64,000 nt of DNA from a virus. The notes under the pieces were generated by a model, which saw nothing but the letters and a program-made list of their open reading frames with translations, made no database searches and was not told the origin of the DNA. Below, in pieces: positions 47,569 to 57,302 of this stretch. Position 1 is the first letter of the stretch, and each line of letters starts with the position of its first letter. Location of the stretch: IMG/VR virus record IMGVR_UViG_3300036772_000271, positions 5,062 through 69,061 of that record. One strand, given 5' to 3'. Position numbers and translations under genes: made by a program.

Positions 47569-47861
47569 GCGTCCTCCTTTGAGGATCGGGATGCCGCGCC
47601 AGCCTCCATCGCCAACAGCGTCGGGTGATCGCCGTCGGTGAGCGGGCCGCTGGTCGCGGAGGGCAAAAGGTCAAGGACGACGTCCGTCAGGTGATCGCCG
47701 AACCGGCGCAGCACGGCGGCGTCCGCGGTCTCGTCGATGCGGTGCTTTGCTTCGAGCTCGGCCATCAGCGTGAGCAGCTGCGGGAGGCCCCAGGAGGCGC
47801 GCTGCGGCAGTCGGCTGCGGAACTCGACCAGGACGGCCTCGTGATCGACGAGCCCGGCCAC
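47478..47861 (-). CDS. Hypothetical protein
   Basis: Starts 7 nt after the tube stop; overlaps the chaperone start. Confidence 0.45.
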   Translation of the reverse strand: MAGLVDHEAVLVEFRSRLPQRASWGLPQLLTLMAELEAKHRIDETADAAVLRRFGDHLTDVVLDLLPSATSGPLTDGDHPTLLAMEAGAASRSSKEDAWPPPLTFPRPQASRSAGSPLSRRRAPAAT

Positions 47862-47867
47862 GAGGGC

Positions 47868-48428
47868 TCAGGCGTTGTCGGGCGTGAGGTACCGGATCGC
47901 CGGCAGGCCCGACACCGGGTCGACCTGGTTGCCGATGCGCTCGAAGGACTTCAGCCTCGAGAAGTCGTCGTACCGGAACGCGTGTGTCCGTGACGTGATG
48001 TCGACGCTGAAGTCGAACCCGGACACCAGGTCGCTGATGCGGACACCGTCCAACTGCCAGCCGATCGCGCCGAGCGCCTCCGGGTCGTCCTCCCACACCT
48101 GGAGCGTGAACGTCCGCGACAGGCGCTGCCCGGCGTCCCTGAGCGCCCGCCTGGCGTCGAGGTTGCCGGCCCTGGCCTCGTACACGAGGTTCTCCCAGAA
48201 CGCGTCGATCTTCTGCACGTCCATCGTGCCGGACCGCGACTCGACGCCGTCCTTCGTGCCCGTGTCGTTGCCGGCCAGCGGCACATCGATCACGGCCAGC
48301 GACATCGTGAACTCGATCTTCGTCGCCTCGATGATCTTCATCGGCGGCCGTGCGCCCGACGGATCGAGGAAGAACCCCTCGCCGAACCGGCCGGAGATGC
48401 GGTAGGCGCCCGCGTTGACCTGTGACAT
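47868..48428 (-). CDS. Tail tube protein (XkdM-like)
   Basis: ISGRFGE.F, SGTMDVQKID, DDPEALG, FRYDDF; follows the sheath gene. Confidence 0.85.
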   Translation of the reverse strand: MSQVNAGAYRISGRFGEGFFLDPSGARPPMKIIEATKIEFTMSLAVIDVPLAGNDTGTKDGVESRSGTMDVQKIDAFWENLVYEARAGNLDARRALRDAGQRLSRTFTLQVWEDDPEALGAIGWQLDGVRISDLVSGFDFSVDITSRTHAFRYDDFSRLKSFERIGNQVDPVSGLPAIRYLTPDNA

Positions 48429-48443
48429 CTAGATCGTCTCCCT

Positions 48444-49928
48444 CTAGCCGATGCGCGCGACGTTGAACATTTGCCTGAGCGATCTCGTCGGGTGGAACCC
48501 GTGGCGCAGCGCGACGAAGTCGTCGTCGTCGCTGACCGGGCCGTCAAGCGCGACGGACCACCCGGGCTGCACGACCCGTGCGAGCTCGCGCGACTGGTAG
48601 CTGGTGCGGACCTTGCCGAGAACGAGCTGCCTCGTCTTGTCGTCGACGGGCATGTCGCCGAGGATGTCGCCGCTCCTGGCCCACTCGCCGAGCTCGAGCT
48701 CGATCGCGTGCTGAATCGCGACGTCCTTGATCCGCTTGTACAGCGCGACGGGGTGTGTCTTGTTGCCGTCGCTGTCGAGCGTCGAGGCGGTGTCGTCGGT
48801 GTACGTCGTGACGGCCTCGCGGATGAAGCACGGCACGATCGCGGTGTCTCGGCTGAACACGACGGTGCCGCCGAGCAGCGCGGCGGCCTGCTCGGTGAGC
48901 GACGGGCCGGCGATGACGTCGACGTCGGCGAATCGGACGTAGATGTCGTCGCGGTTCTCGCCGCGCCATGCCCGGGCGCCGGCGTACCTGGCGACAAACT
49001 CGGCGGTCGACAGGTCGCGGTCTTCGTCGGTGTAGTGCAGGGTGCCCTGCCCGAGGTTGATGATGTTGAAGTCGTTGATCGCCTGCGACCGGGCGTTCGC
49101 GGTCGACAGGTCCTCGCCGAGCGCGCCACCGACGATCAGGAAGCAGCGGGCGCCCGGCGTGAGCGTGTTGCGCTGCTGCGTCCATGCGACGAGGCTCGCC
49201 CGGATCGTCGGATCCGTCAGGTTGTACGCTGCGAAGATCGCCCACCGCTCACGGTCGAACGCGTTCATCGTCGCCGTCCACTCCGTGCCCGTCAGGACGG
49301 TGCCGTCGTTGCCGCCGGTCAGGGCGACCGCGGACACGTTCGCCAACGCGACACCGTCAACGCCGAGCGTCGCCGTGACCCACTGGCTCGCGAGGTTCAC
49401 CTCGGCAACGAGACCACTGATGTTCGTCTGCACGAAGTCGTACGACTCGATGACGAGCGCCCCGTCGAGGATCAGCAGCGTCTTGTTGCCGACGGTCGCT
49501 GACGCCTGCACGGTGAGCCGCAACGCGTTGCCGCGCGTGCCGGGGTTCTTCGCGGTGATCGTGACACCGGTCGCCGGCGTCGTGTTCTGAAGGATGTGGC
49601 TCGCAGCGGCCGCGCTCGGCGTGGCCTGCCGGTACACCAGGACGGCGCCGGCGCCGGCCTTGCCGTTGACCTGCTGCCCCTTGAACGCGTCGTGCACCGC
49701 CCGGTGCAGCGCGGTGTCCGACGAGCCGAACCCGCCGGGGTTCGCGTCGTTTCCGCCGAGATACTCGTCCTCCGACAGGCACAGGACCGCGGTGTTGACC
49801 GGCCCCCAGTCGTTCGTGGCGGCGAGCGCGACGATGCCACCGATCGACGGCTGCTGCGGCGTGCGGCCCTCCGCCTCGTACTGAAAGTAGACGTCCGCCA
49901 GGACCGGGCGCGGGCTCGGGAGTGCCAT
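48444..49928 (-). CDS. Contractile tail sheath protein
   Basis: WGPVN, TAKNPGTRGNAL, LTGGNDG, AVTTYT, YKRIK. Confidence 0.9.
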   Translation of the reverse strand: MALPSPRPVLADVYFQYEAEGRTPQQPSIGGIVALAATNDWGPVNTAVLCLSEDEYLGGNDANPGGFGSSDTALHRAVHDAFKGQQVNGKAGAGAVLVYRQATPSAAAASHILQNTTPATGVTITAKNPGTRGNALRLTVQASATVGNKTLLILDGALVIESYDFVQTNISGLVAEVNLASQWVTATLGVDGVALANVSAVALTGGNDGTVLTGTEWTATMNAFDRERWAIFAAYNLTDPTIRASLVAWTQQRNTLTPGARCFLIVGGALGEDLSTANARSQAINDFNIINLGQGTLHYTDEDRDLSTAEFVARYAGARAWRGENRDDIYVRFADVDVIAGPSLTEQAAALLGGTVVFSRDTAIVPCFIREAVTTYTDDTASTLDSDGNKTHPVALYKRIKDVAIQHAIELELGEWARSGDILGDMPVDDKTRQLVLGKVRTSYQSRELARVVQPGWSVALDGPVSDDDDFVALRHGFHPTRSLRQMFNVARIG

Positions 49929-49932
49929 CCGC

Positions 49933-50187
49933 TCAGCCCTCCTGCTGGACGGGGCGCTTCAGAAACGCCTGCGCCTTCGCTTCAACCTCAGAGCGCGTCA
50001 GCTGCGCACCGGGATCCTCGCTGGCGAGCGCACCGGCGAGCACCGGGTACGGGATGCCGGTGATCGCTTCCGCCTCCGCCTGATCAAGCAGCCGGCTCAG
50101 CGGGAACGCTGGCTCGTCGGTGAACGTCGCGACGGGCGACGTCGTGTCCGTGGCGGCTGGATCTGCGCTCTTGGATGCTGCTGCCAT
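49933..50187 (-). CDS. Small pre-sheath protein
   Basis: F.L..L...GAL...FLKRPV; synteny. Confidence 0.6.
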   Translation of the reverse strand: MAAASKSADPAATDTTSPVATFTDEPAFPLSRLLDQAEAEAITGIPYPVLAGALASEDPGAQLTRSEVEAKAQAFLKRPVQQEG

Positions 50188-50191
50188 TGGT

Positions 50192-51052
50192 CTAGCCTCC
50201 GTTACCGCCGGTCGCGCTAACGCGCTGAAGGACTCTTAGGTCAGACGGTAGGGGTAGACCGCGCGCGAAGGTCAATCTGAGGTCGACGGCGACCATCACG
50301 AGGGTGGGATCTGCCTGGTCCGCAACGGCCTGCTGACCGAACGATGTGACGCGCATGTAGTCGCTGTCGCCGCGCCACGGCGCGATGGCGCCGGCCAGGA
50401 GCACGCGGGCCGTCGCCGACGCCTGCGCCCCGGCGAGCGCAGTCCCGTCGATCGTCGGCGACCCGACGGCCTCGCCGACGAGCTGGCCGCCGTAGATGAC
50501 GTCCCAGAGGCCAGCGCCGCGGTCCTGGCCAACGACGTCGCCCGGCGCGAGAGTGAGCGTCCCGGCCGTGACGAACGCCGCCTCGATGGCGATTGCCAGG
50601 TCGCTGGCGATGACCGTCGGCGCGAGTGGCGCCGCGGCGACACCGCCGACGCTGGCGGTGAACGTGCCGCCCGTCGCGCCCGCGACTGTGAAGCGATGCA
50701 CCTCGAGCCGGTCGTCGTAGCACCACAGCGGGATCCTGTCCGTCGTCGGCCGGCGCGGATCGGGCCCCCACTTCACCGCGGCCCACACCGTCTCGCGCAG
50801 CGCCCGGGCGGCGTCTTCTGCGGCCTCCCTGGTCGGGAGCGCCGGCAGGTAGAGGCTGACGGTGATCGGGAGGGTGATGTCCTGCGTCACCGGCGCGCCG
50901 GCGGTTGCGGCCGGCCCGATCTGTTCGATCAGCGCGAACGGCCGCACGGGCGGGTCGCCGGTCTCGAGCGTCGTGCGGATGTCCCACGGCTCCGGCAGCA
51001 CACCGGCCATGAACCGCTGCACCGACAGGATCGCGTCGCGCTCAGAACGCAA
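50192..51052 (-). CDS. Tail terminator/neck protein with inserted beta module
   Basis: Synteny; central GATGGTFTASVGG..APLA module. Confidence 0.55.
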   Translation of the reverse strand: MRSERDAILSVQRFMAGVLPEPWDIRTTLETGDPPVRPFALIEQIGPAATAGAPVTQDITLPITVSLYLPALPTREAAEDAARALRETVWAAVKWGPDPRRPTTDRIPLWCYDDRLEVHRFTVAGATGGTFTASVGGVAAAPLAPTVIASDLAIAIEAAFVTAGTLTLAPGDVVGQDRGAGLWDVIYGGQLVGEAVGSPTIDGTALAGAQASATARVLLAGAIAPWRGDSDYMRVTSFGQQAVADQADPTLVMVAVDLRLTFARGLPLPSDLRVLQRVSATGGNGG

Positions 51053-51629
51053 GAAGATCGTCCACGGTGCGCACGCCGTTGGTCAGGTCATGCCCGAACC
51101 GCTCGAGCTCGACGTCGAACATGCCGGGCACCTCGGTCTCGATGAACGCGGCGGCCCGCGCGAACGGGTGCTGGCCGGTGGTGCCGGGGTGGTGCAGCGC
51201 GCCGCGGAACGTGACGCCATCCCGGCCTGGGAAGCGCAGCGCAGCGCGCTTCTTCGGCTGGCCGGGCGCGCGCGCCTCGTTTTCTGCCGCGACGCGCGCC
51301 TCGTGCTCGAGCGTCGGCCTGATCTCGTGCGGCCGGGTGTTCCACTCGATGTACGGGAAGATCGGGTCCTCGGTGAACGCGCGTTTCTCCCAGCCGCGGC
51401 CGCCGGTCGAGACGTGCTGGCGAACGTCGCCCTCCATGATCGACTCCCTGGCCGTCCCGCGCGGCCGCAGGCGGGGCAGGCCGAGCGTCGGCGACGTGTC
51501 GATCGGGGTGCGCACCCGCGTCGCTTCCGCGAGGCGGCTGCCGCCCTTGTCGGTCATCGCCCGGCCGGCGACGGTCACGGCGCGCGGGTCGACCATGTCC
51601 TCGAGCTGCTGATCGCAGACGAATCCCAC
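51042..51629 (-). CDS. Neck/tail-completion protein (HK97 gp10-like)
   Basis: RTPIDT, PYIEWNTRPHEIRP, ALRF, HHPGT..QHPF. Confidence 0.7.
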   Translation of the reverse strand: MGFVCDQQLEDMVDPRAVTVAGRAMTDKGGSRLAEATRVRTPIDTSPTLGLPRLRPRGTARESIMEGDVRQHVSTGGRGWEKRAFTEDPIFPYIEWNTRPHEIRPTLEHEARVAAENEARAPGQPKKRAALRFPGRDGVTFRGALHHPGTTGQHPFARAAAFIETEVPGMFDVELERFGHDLTNGVRTVDDLLAF

Positions 51630-51757
51630 GGCCTACTCGACCTCCGACAGACGCCAGCCACCGCCGCCAACTGGCCGCCACAGGAACGCGATCAGGCCGC
51701 GTGCACCGAAGATCGGGCGGTACTCGAGCGTGATCGTCACGCGGTGCTCGCCGGCCA

Positions 51758-52120
51758 TCAGACCTGCCTCCAGCGGTGCCCCTCGTCGAGATAGCCGTGC
51801 CAGCCGTCGGAGGCGCCCTTCGACGGATCGTCAGGGTGCGACCGGCGATCGCTGATCGACTCGCGGATCTCGAGGCTGCCGTCCGCGCACTCCCGGAAGA
51901 CGTGCGGCGGGCTCGTGACGTGCTGAACCCCACGGCCATGAGGCGGCGTGTCGGGATTCCGGGCGTTCGGCTTCATGAAGAACACCGCGGCCAGCTCGCC
52001 GGTGTAGCCAATGATCGGCCCGCAGTAGTCGCCGGGCCGAATGTCGTCCCACCAGGCCTTCGGGATCTCGCCGTCGACGGTCGCGATCCGGCGGCCGACG
52101 AGCACGTCGCCAGCCGCCAT
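51758..52120 (-). CDS. Hypothetical protein
   Basis: DGSLEIRESI...WHGYLDEG.W; coupled ORF. Confidence 0.6.
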   Translation of the reverse strand: MAAGDVLVGRRIATVDGEIPKAWWDDIRPGDYCGPIIGYTGELAAVFFMKPNARNPDTPPHGRGVQHVTSPPHVFRECADGSLEIRESISDRRSHPDDPSKGASDGWHGYLDEGHRWRQV

Positions 52121-52512
52121 CAGGAGCGGTCCTTCACGACGTCGCCGAACAGGTAATAGCCGAGTAGGTCGTCGCCGTTCGTCAGGACCTCCGGCTCACC
52201 GCTCAGCTGAATGACCGGGTTCCCCAGGATCGGGCAGTCCGTCTCCAGCACCATGCTCGCCGTCGGCCTCGCGTAGTCCAGGCCGTCCTCGTCGGAGTCG
52301 TCGAGCAGAATTTCGTAGCCGCGATCGACGCGCGCCTCCGTCGACCCCGACCTCGGCCGCGCCTTCGCCGCTACCGACCCGCGCTCCATGACTCGCGCGT
52401 CGATCCACGGCCCGACCGTCGGCGCTGAGTCGTAGGCGCCCTGCGCGCTGCGCGTGCCGGTCCTGGCGAACCCGACAAACCGCGCCCGGTGAATCAGGCC
52501 GGAAAGAACGAC
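52120..52512 (-). CDS. Head closure protein (start ambiguous)
   Basis: Frame open from 52512 (LIHRARFVG...GPWIDARV); first ATG at 52389; synteny. Confidence 0.5.
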   Translation of the reverse strand, partial: VVLSGLIHRARFVGFARTGTRSAQGAYDSAPTVGPWIDARVMERGSVAAKARPRSGSTEARVDRGYEILLDDSDEDGLDYARPTASMVLETDCPILGNPVIQLSGEPEVLTNGDDLLGYYLFGDVVKDRS

Positions 52513-52519
52513 TCAGCCC

Positions 52520-53170
52520 TCACCACGGCCACGAGCCCGGCCAGCCGAGCTCGATGCCATCGCCCCACGCCGCATCCGGGAACGCCCCGCCGAAGTCGTC
52601 ACCGAACCGCCCCGGTGTCAAGCTCACCGCTGGCGCAGAGATCCCGGACAGCCGGTACCGCCAGTAGTCGTACGCCACCGGCGTCATCAGCAGATACAGC
52701 AGGTCCGACAGCTCCCGCCACTGATTCACCAGCGGATTCTCGACCGACCCGCGGGACTTCAAGATGTCCTGCGCTGCGCGGCGCCGCTCGCTGTAGCTGC
52801 CGGCCGTGAACGAGTCGATGTAGTCCTGCAACACCGTCGCGTTGATGTGGCTCTTCGACGTCTGCGCCATCCGCTGAATCGTCGCCAGCATCACGGCTTC
52901 CTCAGCGAGCGGCACGAGATTCGGCGCCGGCGACCCGCTCGCCGGCGGCCCGCTCTCGATCGACGCGAGATCCCCCGTCACACCGGGCGCCTCGATACTG
53001 GCCAACGGCCGCCACGTCGTGTTCTCGATGTACCCGATCGACCAGTCGACGCGCTTCTGCAACGGGTCGGCCGCCGGCGGCGCCGGCGCGGTCGCCGGCC
53101 ACCCGAGCTTCGCCCACGGCAGATCTGGCGGCATCCAGGCCCGCACGTCGGCGGCGGTCGGCAGGTCCAT
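52520..53170 (-). CDS. Head-tail connector protein
   Basis: PTAADVRA, AEEAVMLA, SFTAGSYSE; synteny after the capsid genes. Confidence 0.65.
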   Translation of the reverse strand: MDLPTAADVRAWMPPDLPWAKLGWPATAPAPPAADPLQKRVDWSIGYIENTTWRPLASIEAPGVTGDLASIESGPPASGSPAPNLVPLAEEAVMLATIQRMAQTSKSHINATVLQDYIDSFTAGSYSERRRAAQDILKSRGSVENPLVNQWRELSDLLYLLMTPVAYDYWRYRLSGISAPAVSLTPGRFGDDFGGAFPDAAWGDGIELGWPGSWPW

Positions 53171-53214
53171 GCCTTTCAGGCTAAGCGACCATCGGTAGCG
53201 CACGTCCACAACGA

Positions 53215-53242
53215 CAAGAGCCCCACCGAAGCGGGGCTCTTG
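53215..53242 (-). terminator. Intrinsic terminator after the capsid genes
   Basis: Minus strand CAAGAGCCCCGC-TTCG-GTGGGGCTCTTG followed by TCGTT. Confidence 0.75.
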
Positions 53243-53296
53243 CGCCCGGGCTGCTGCTCCCGGGTATCTCTGGGGGGTATGCCCCCGATGGTAGCT

Positions 53297-54070
53297 CTAC
53301 GCGACGCCGGCGTCTTCCGCCGCGGCCTGCGCCTCCGCGGCAGCCGCGTTGCCCGGCGTGAAGTTCATGACGCTCGCCCGCGCCCGGTCCCCGCGCGTCG
53401 CCTGCTCGAATGCCTGGATCGCCGCGGCACGCTCCGGGTGCGCCTCCATCTGCTTCACCAGGTCGCGGGCACCGATTCCCGCCATCGCCGCGAACGGGTC
53501 CGCCGGGCCCGCGGGCGGCGCCGACTGCGCCTCGGCGAGCTGCGCCTCGGCGGCGCGCCGCGCCTCACGTTCGTGCTCGGCCGCGGCCAGCGCCGAGCGC
53601 AACGCCTGGCTGTCCTGCGCGGCCGGGGCGGCGTCGGCCTTGAGCTTCTGCGCCTCGAGATGGTCGCGGGCGGCCGGCGACCGCATGATGCTCGTCCGCT
53701 GCGACACATGGCCGTCGCTCGACGTCGACCCGAGATCGCTGTACGGGAACGCGCCCTTCACGACGTCACCCGTCTCGTCGATGAACGCGTAGGTGACCCA
53801 CGCGTCGCTCGGGCGGCGCTTGCCGCCACGGACCATGACCTGGAAACCGCTCTCCCGGCCCGCGCCAGCGAGATCCGCTGCGGCGGCACGATGCTCGTCG
53901 GTCAGCGCGGCCGTCAGGTCCGCGTTCTCGGGCCGTTCCTGCGCCGCGATCTGCTCCGGCGAGTAGTGGTAGTCGAGCGTCGCGACGAGCTTCTCGCCAT
54001 TCGCCGCGACCCCGGCGGAGCCGATCAGATCGGCCGCCCGGAAGGTGCCCTCGTCCGTACGTGTTGGCAT
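53297..54070 (-). CDS. Head-associated hypothetical protein
   Basis: GAGGAGG RBS; follows the major capsid gene; C-terminal I..FE.....RASV motif. Confidence 0.65.
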   Translation of the reverse strand: MPTRTDEGTFRAADLIGSAGVAANGEKLVATLDYHYSPEQIAAQERPENADLTAALTDEHRAAAADLAGAGRESGFQVMVRGGKRRPSDAWVTYAFIDETGDVVKGAFPYSDLGSTSSDGHVSQRTSIMRSPAARDHLEAQKLKADAAPAAQDSQALRSALAAAEHEREARRAAEAQLAEAQSAPPAGPADPFAAMAGIGARDLVKQMEAHPERAAAIQAFEQATRGDRARASVMNFTPGNAAAAEAQAAAEDAGVA

Positions 54071-54090
54071 GAGTCAGGCCCTCCTCAGGG

Positions 54091-55215
54091 TCACGGAACA
54101 GCGAGCTTGTAGCAGCTCAGGGGCTCGACGACGGACACGCCGATGTCGTGGCGCGTCTTGTACTCGATCGTGTCGCCGTGGAAGCTGTACGGGTCGTGCC
54201 CCGACCCGTTGCTGTTGGCGAGGTGCATCACCGTCGCGTCGGCCATCCCCAGGAACGGCGTCTTCTGGCCGTCAAGGTACGCCACGACGACCGCCGGGTT
54301 GATGTTCGGGTCGGCGAAGAAGTGGACGTCGTTCGCGTCCGGGAACCACGGGTCGATGATGATGCCCTCGGGCGGGATGATGTCGGCGTCCGCGATCGGG
54401 TTCATCGTGCCGCGCCCGAACTGCGACGTGGTCTCCGGCGTCGTGCGGCCCGTCTGGATCTGGAGCTCCTGCGACCTGACGATCTGCCGCAGCCTGAGCG
54501 CCTGCCGGTCGTTCTGCACGACGGCCGTCTTCAGCTTCGTGCGGATCGGCCGGTTGTCGGGGTCGCGCCTGGTGCGCAGCCACACCGCGGCGTCGATCAG
54601 CGTGTCCTCCGACAGCACGTCGACGACGAGGTTGCCGCGGCCGGCGTTGAACAGCGACAGGCCGTCCGGGGCGAGCGGGTTCGCGACGATCATCGCGACG
54701 ATCATCCGGGTGACGAAGTCGGCCATCGCCTGCCCGATGTCGTTCGGGTTGCGCTCCACGATCTTCTCGATGCCGTTCGACCGCAGCAACTTCCTGGTCA
54801 TCGCGTAGCTGCCGCCGTACGTGTCGACGACGATCGCCGCCTCCGGCCGGAACGTGCGCCGCAGACCCGGGTACTCGCCGAGCTCGCCGACGTACCCGAT
54901 GCCCGTCAGGCCGTTGATGCCCTTGATCCGGACCTCGTCGAAGCTGTTGACCGACTCCACGCCGGTGTACATCTCGTACTGCGACTGGACGAACTCGTAG
55001 CCCTGGTAAAACGACGCCTGGATCGGCTCCCACATGAACGTCGCGAAGTCAGCCTTCGAGTCCGGCGAACCCTCGAGCAACGCCAGGTCCATCTGCTTGC
55101 CGGTGCGCGGATTGATGCCGGCCTCGATCAGCGCCTTCCGCTCCGCTGCCCAGTCGTAGTAGACCTCGAAGGTCTCGACGGGGCCGCCCCAGAGCCCGTG
55201 ATTCAGTCGTCCCAT
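54091..55215 (-). CDS. Major capsid protein (Mu gpT-like, HK97 fold)
   Basis: VGELGEYP, TYGG...TRKLL..N, DGLSLF...RGNL, YLDGQKTP, EYKTRHDIG. Confidence 0.85.
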   Translation of the reverse strand: MGRLNHGLWGGPVETFEVYYDWAAERKALIEAGINPRTGKQMDLALLEGSPDSKADFATFMWEPIQASFYQGYEFVQSQYEMYTGVESVNSFDEVRIKGINGLTGIGYVGELGEYPGLRRTFRPEAAIVVDTYGGSYAMTRKLLRSNGIEKIVERNPNDIGQAMADFVTRMIVAMIVANPLAPDGLSLFNAGRGNLVVDVLSEDTLIDAAVWLRTRRDPDNRPIRTKLKTAVVQNDRQALRLRQIVRSQELQIQTGRTTPETTSQFGRGTMNPIADADIIPPEGIIIDPWFPDANDVHFFADPNINPAVVVAYLDGQKTPFLGMADATVMHLANSNGSGHDPYSFHGDTIEYKTRHDIGVSVVEPLSCYKLAVP

Positions 55216-55226
55216 GTCGGTCCTCC

Positions 55227-55610
55227 TCAGACCTTCTGCTCGAGGTTGATGCGGACGCTGTCGGCGCCGGTGCCCCGCTCGCCCGGAAGGCTTGAGACGC
55301 GGCCGAGGATCTGCAAGCCGGTGCCGGCCGCGGTCGCGAGCGCGTTCGTGGTCGTGTTGATCCAGACCAGCGCGCCCTTCGCGATCCCGGGCAGCGACGC
55401 TGAGGGGGCGCGGACGACCTTGCCGATCAGCAGCGTGTAGGCCTCGCCGACCGCGATGATGTTGCGGTTGGCGCGTGGCGTGTCCGCGGCCGGTGTCGCC
55501 GTCTTCACGGCCTCCCCAACGAACCCGTTGTCTGCGGCGAGATCTCCGTGCGTCAGCTGCGCGTGCGCGACGACGTAGGCGACCTTGCCCGGCTCTGCGT
55601 TGTAAGGCAT
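55227..55610 (-). CDS. Capsid cement/decoration protein (DUF2190-like)
   Basis: GDL...GFVGEA, IAKGALVW, ILGRV, VRINL; upstream of the capsid gene. Confidence 0.7.
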   Translation of the reverse strand: MPYNAEPGKVAYVVAHAQLTHGDLAADNGFVGEAVKTATPAADTPRANRNIIAVGEAYTLLIGKVVRAPSASLPGIAKGALVWINTTTNALATAAGTGLQILGRVSSLPGERGTGADSVRINLEQKV

Positions 55611-55621
55611 CTCGGTCCCCT

Positions 55622-56968
55622 CTAGTCCGTCTTGGCTGGCGTGTGGGCGCCGAACAGCGCCGGGTTGAGGCCCTTCGACTTGACCTTCGCGGCCCAGCCG
55701 GAGCCCTCCCCACCGAACTGGTGGGCGGTGGACGTCGTCTGCGCATCGGCACCGGGCCCACTGGACCACGGGACGCTCGGCGCGGCTTCGGCGAGCATCG
55801 CGCGCAGACCGGCGGCGTCCGCGTCGATCGACTCCTTCAGCGCCGCCTTCGCGCTCATCTTCGTGCCGCACGTCTCGCACTTCCCGGCCTTCATCGGCAT
55901 CTTCTTCTTGCAGCCGACGCAGTAGCCATCTTCGTCGTCGTCCGCGTCGGCCGCCGCTTCGATCAGCGCGAGCCCGGGGCCCGCGAGCGTGCCGTCGGCC
56001 TGCTCGACGAGGCTGTACGTCGCGTGCAGGTGCGCCTTCGCCGCCGTGTTGAGCTTGAGACCGTCGATGTGGTCGCGCGCCGCGCTGGCGAGCGACCGCA
56101 GCAGGTGCTCGTGGCCGAGCTCGGCACGGATCGACTCGCGCAGCTCCATCTCGCGGGCCGTCAGTGCGTCGGGCAGCGCCGCGGCGATGCCCGAGTTGAT
56201 CTGCCGGCCGATGAAGGTGGTGACCTCGTCGGACTGGAGGGCCTCCTGAAGATTCATGTCGTCTGCGCCTCCGAGGACGTTGGGTCGATGCTCTTGCAGC
56301 CACTCGAGCAGGTCCGCGTCCGCGATCGTGTCGGGGATTGTGAGACCGTCGGTAGCACTGCCCTGATCGTAGATTGACTCCACGAGCGAAAGCACATGGC
56401 CGCCCGCGCCGGCGGCCGTGACGAGGTCGAAGCTGGAGTTCTCCGGGTCGTCCTCGATGCCCTCGACGAGCATCCCCGGCGTGCCGTCCTTCCGCTTCTG
56501 CGGCCGCAGCCCGGTCGCCTGTGCCTTGATGCTGAGCTTGAGCTGGCGCGGTATGCGGCGCACCATTTCCTCGACCTGGGTGCTGGCTGGCATGAACTTG
56601 CCGACGACCGCCCCGGCCTCGTACCCGTACTTCGCGTCGTCGGGGGTGGTGTACGTCGGGTCCCACGTCGTTTCGCGCAGCTCGCCGGCGAGCTCGTTCG
56701 GGCCGCGCCGCATCTTCGCTGCGGCCCGGCGGACGCGCGGGTCCTCGTGGTTCATGTAGCTCGCCCACCCGGAGTACATCGGGGCGGTCGCTTCGAGGAC
56801 GTCGCGGGTGTAGATCCGGGCGCCCGGACCGCGGCCGTCGCAGGGCCGGATCAGCGCAACGTTGACGGTGCCGTCCGCGTTGAACGGGCCGTCGCCGGCC
56901 GGGTCCGTCGATTCGATGAGGTCCAGCGGGTGCGCGTCACGGATCAGCAGGTCGGAAGGTGCAGTCAT
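55622..56968 (-). CDS. Prohead protease / scaffold fusion
   Basis: RIYTRDVL, YMNH, LSI.A, SFDLVTAAGAGG..L...ES; helical C-terminal scaffold. Confidence 0.8.
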   Translation of the reverse strand: MTAPSDLLIRDAHPLDLIESTDPAGDGPFNADGTVNVALIRPCDGRGPGARIYTRDVLEATAPMYSGWASYMNHEDPRVRRAAAKMRRGPNELAGELRETTWDPTYTTPDDAKYGYEAGAVVGKFMPASTQVEEMVRRIPRQLKLSIKAQATGLRPQKRKDGTPGMLVEGIEDDPENSSFDLVTAAGAGGHVLSLVESIYDQGSATDGLTIPDTIADADLLEWLQEHRPNVLGGADDMNLQEALQSDEVTTFIGRQINSGIAAALPDALTAREMELRESIRAELGHEHLLRSLASAARDHIDGLKLNTAAKAHLHATYSLVEQADGTLAGPGLALIEAAADADDDEDGYCVGCKKKMPMKAGKCETCGTKMSAKAALKESIDADAAGLRAMLAEAAPSVPWSSGPGADAQTTSTAHQFGGEGSGWAAKVKSKGLNPALFGAHTPAKTD

Positions 56969-56982
56969 GGATCTGAGCGTAC

Positions 56983-57031
56983 GTGACCGTTGGTCGCGTA
57001 GGTCCATCCATGCTGCGTTACCGCTGGTCGC
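56983..57031. promoter_or_regulatory. Paired operator-like motifs upstream of the protease/capsid operon
   Basis: GTGACC GTT GGTCGC and GTTACC GCT GGTCGC, 34 bp apart. Confidence 0.7.
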
Positions 57032-57052
57032 GCAGAGCCGGCCAGGGGTTGG

Positions 57053-57292
57053 TCACGCCGGTACGTTGCGGAACGTGACCGTCATCCACGTCTCGTCGTG
57101 CTCCTCGCTGACGACGGCCCAGCCGCGTGCGTCGGCGAGGCGGAGCACCATCTCGGCGTTCGCGATGTGGATCGTCTCGGTGACGCGGCCGGCATCGCCA
57201 CGCAGCTGCTCCCAGAGCCGGCCGATCTCAACACCGCGCGCGAACTCCGGGTCGTCCGTGTCGAACGCGACGGCGAGAGCGTGCTCGGCCAT
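57053..57292 (-). CDS. Hypothetical protein
   Basis: FDTDDPEFARGVEIGRLW; 79 aa. Confidence 0.6.
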   Translation of the reverse strand: MAEHALAVAFDTDDPEFARGVEIGRLWEQLRGDAGRVTETIHIANAEMVLRLADARGWAVVSEEHDETWMTVTFRNVPA

Positions 57293-57302
57293 CAGGATTC
57301 GG

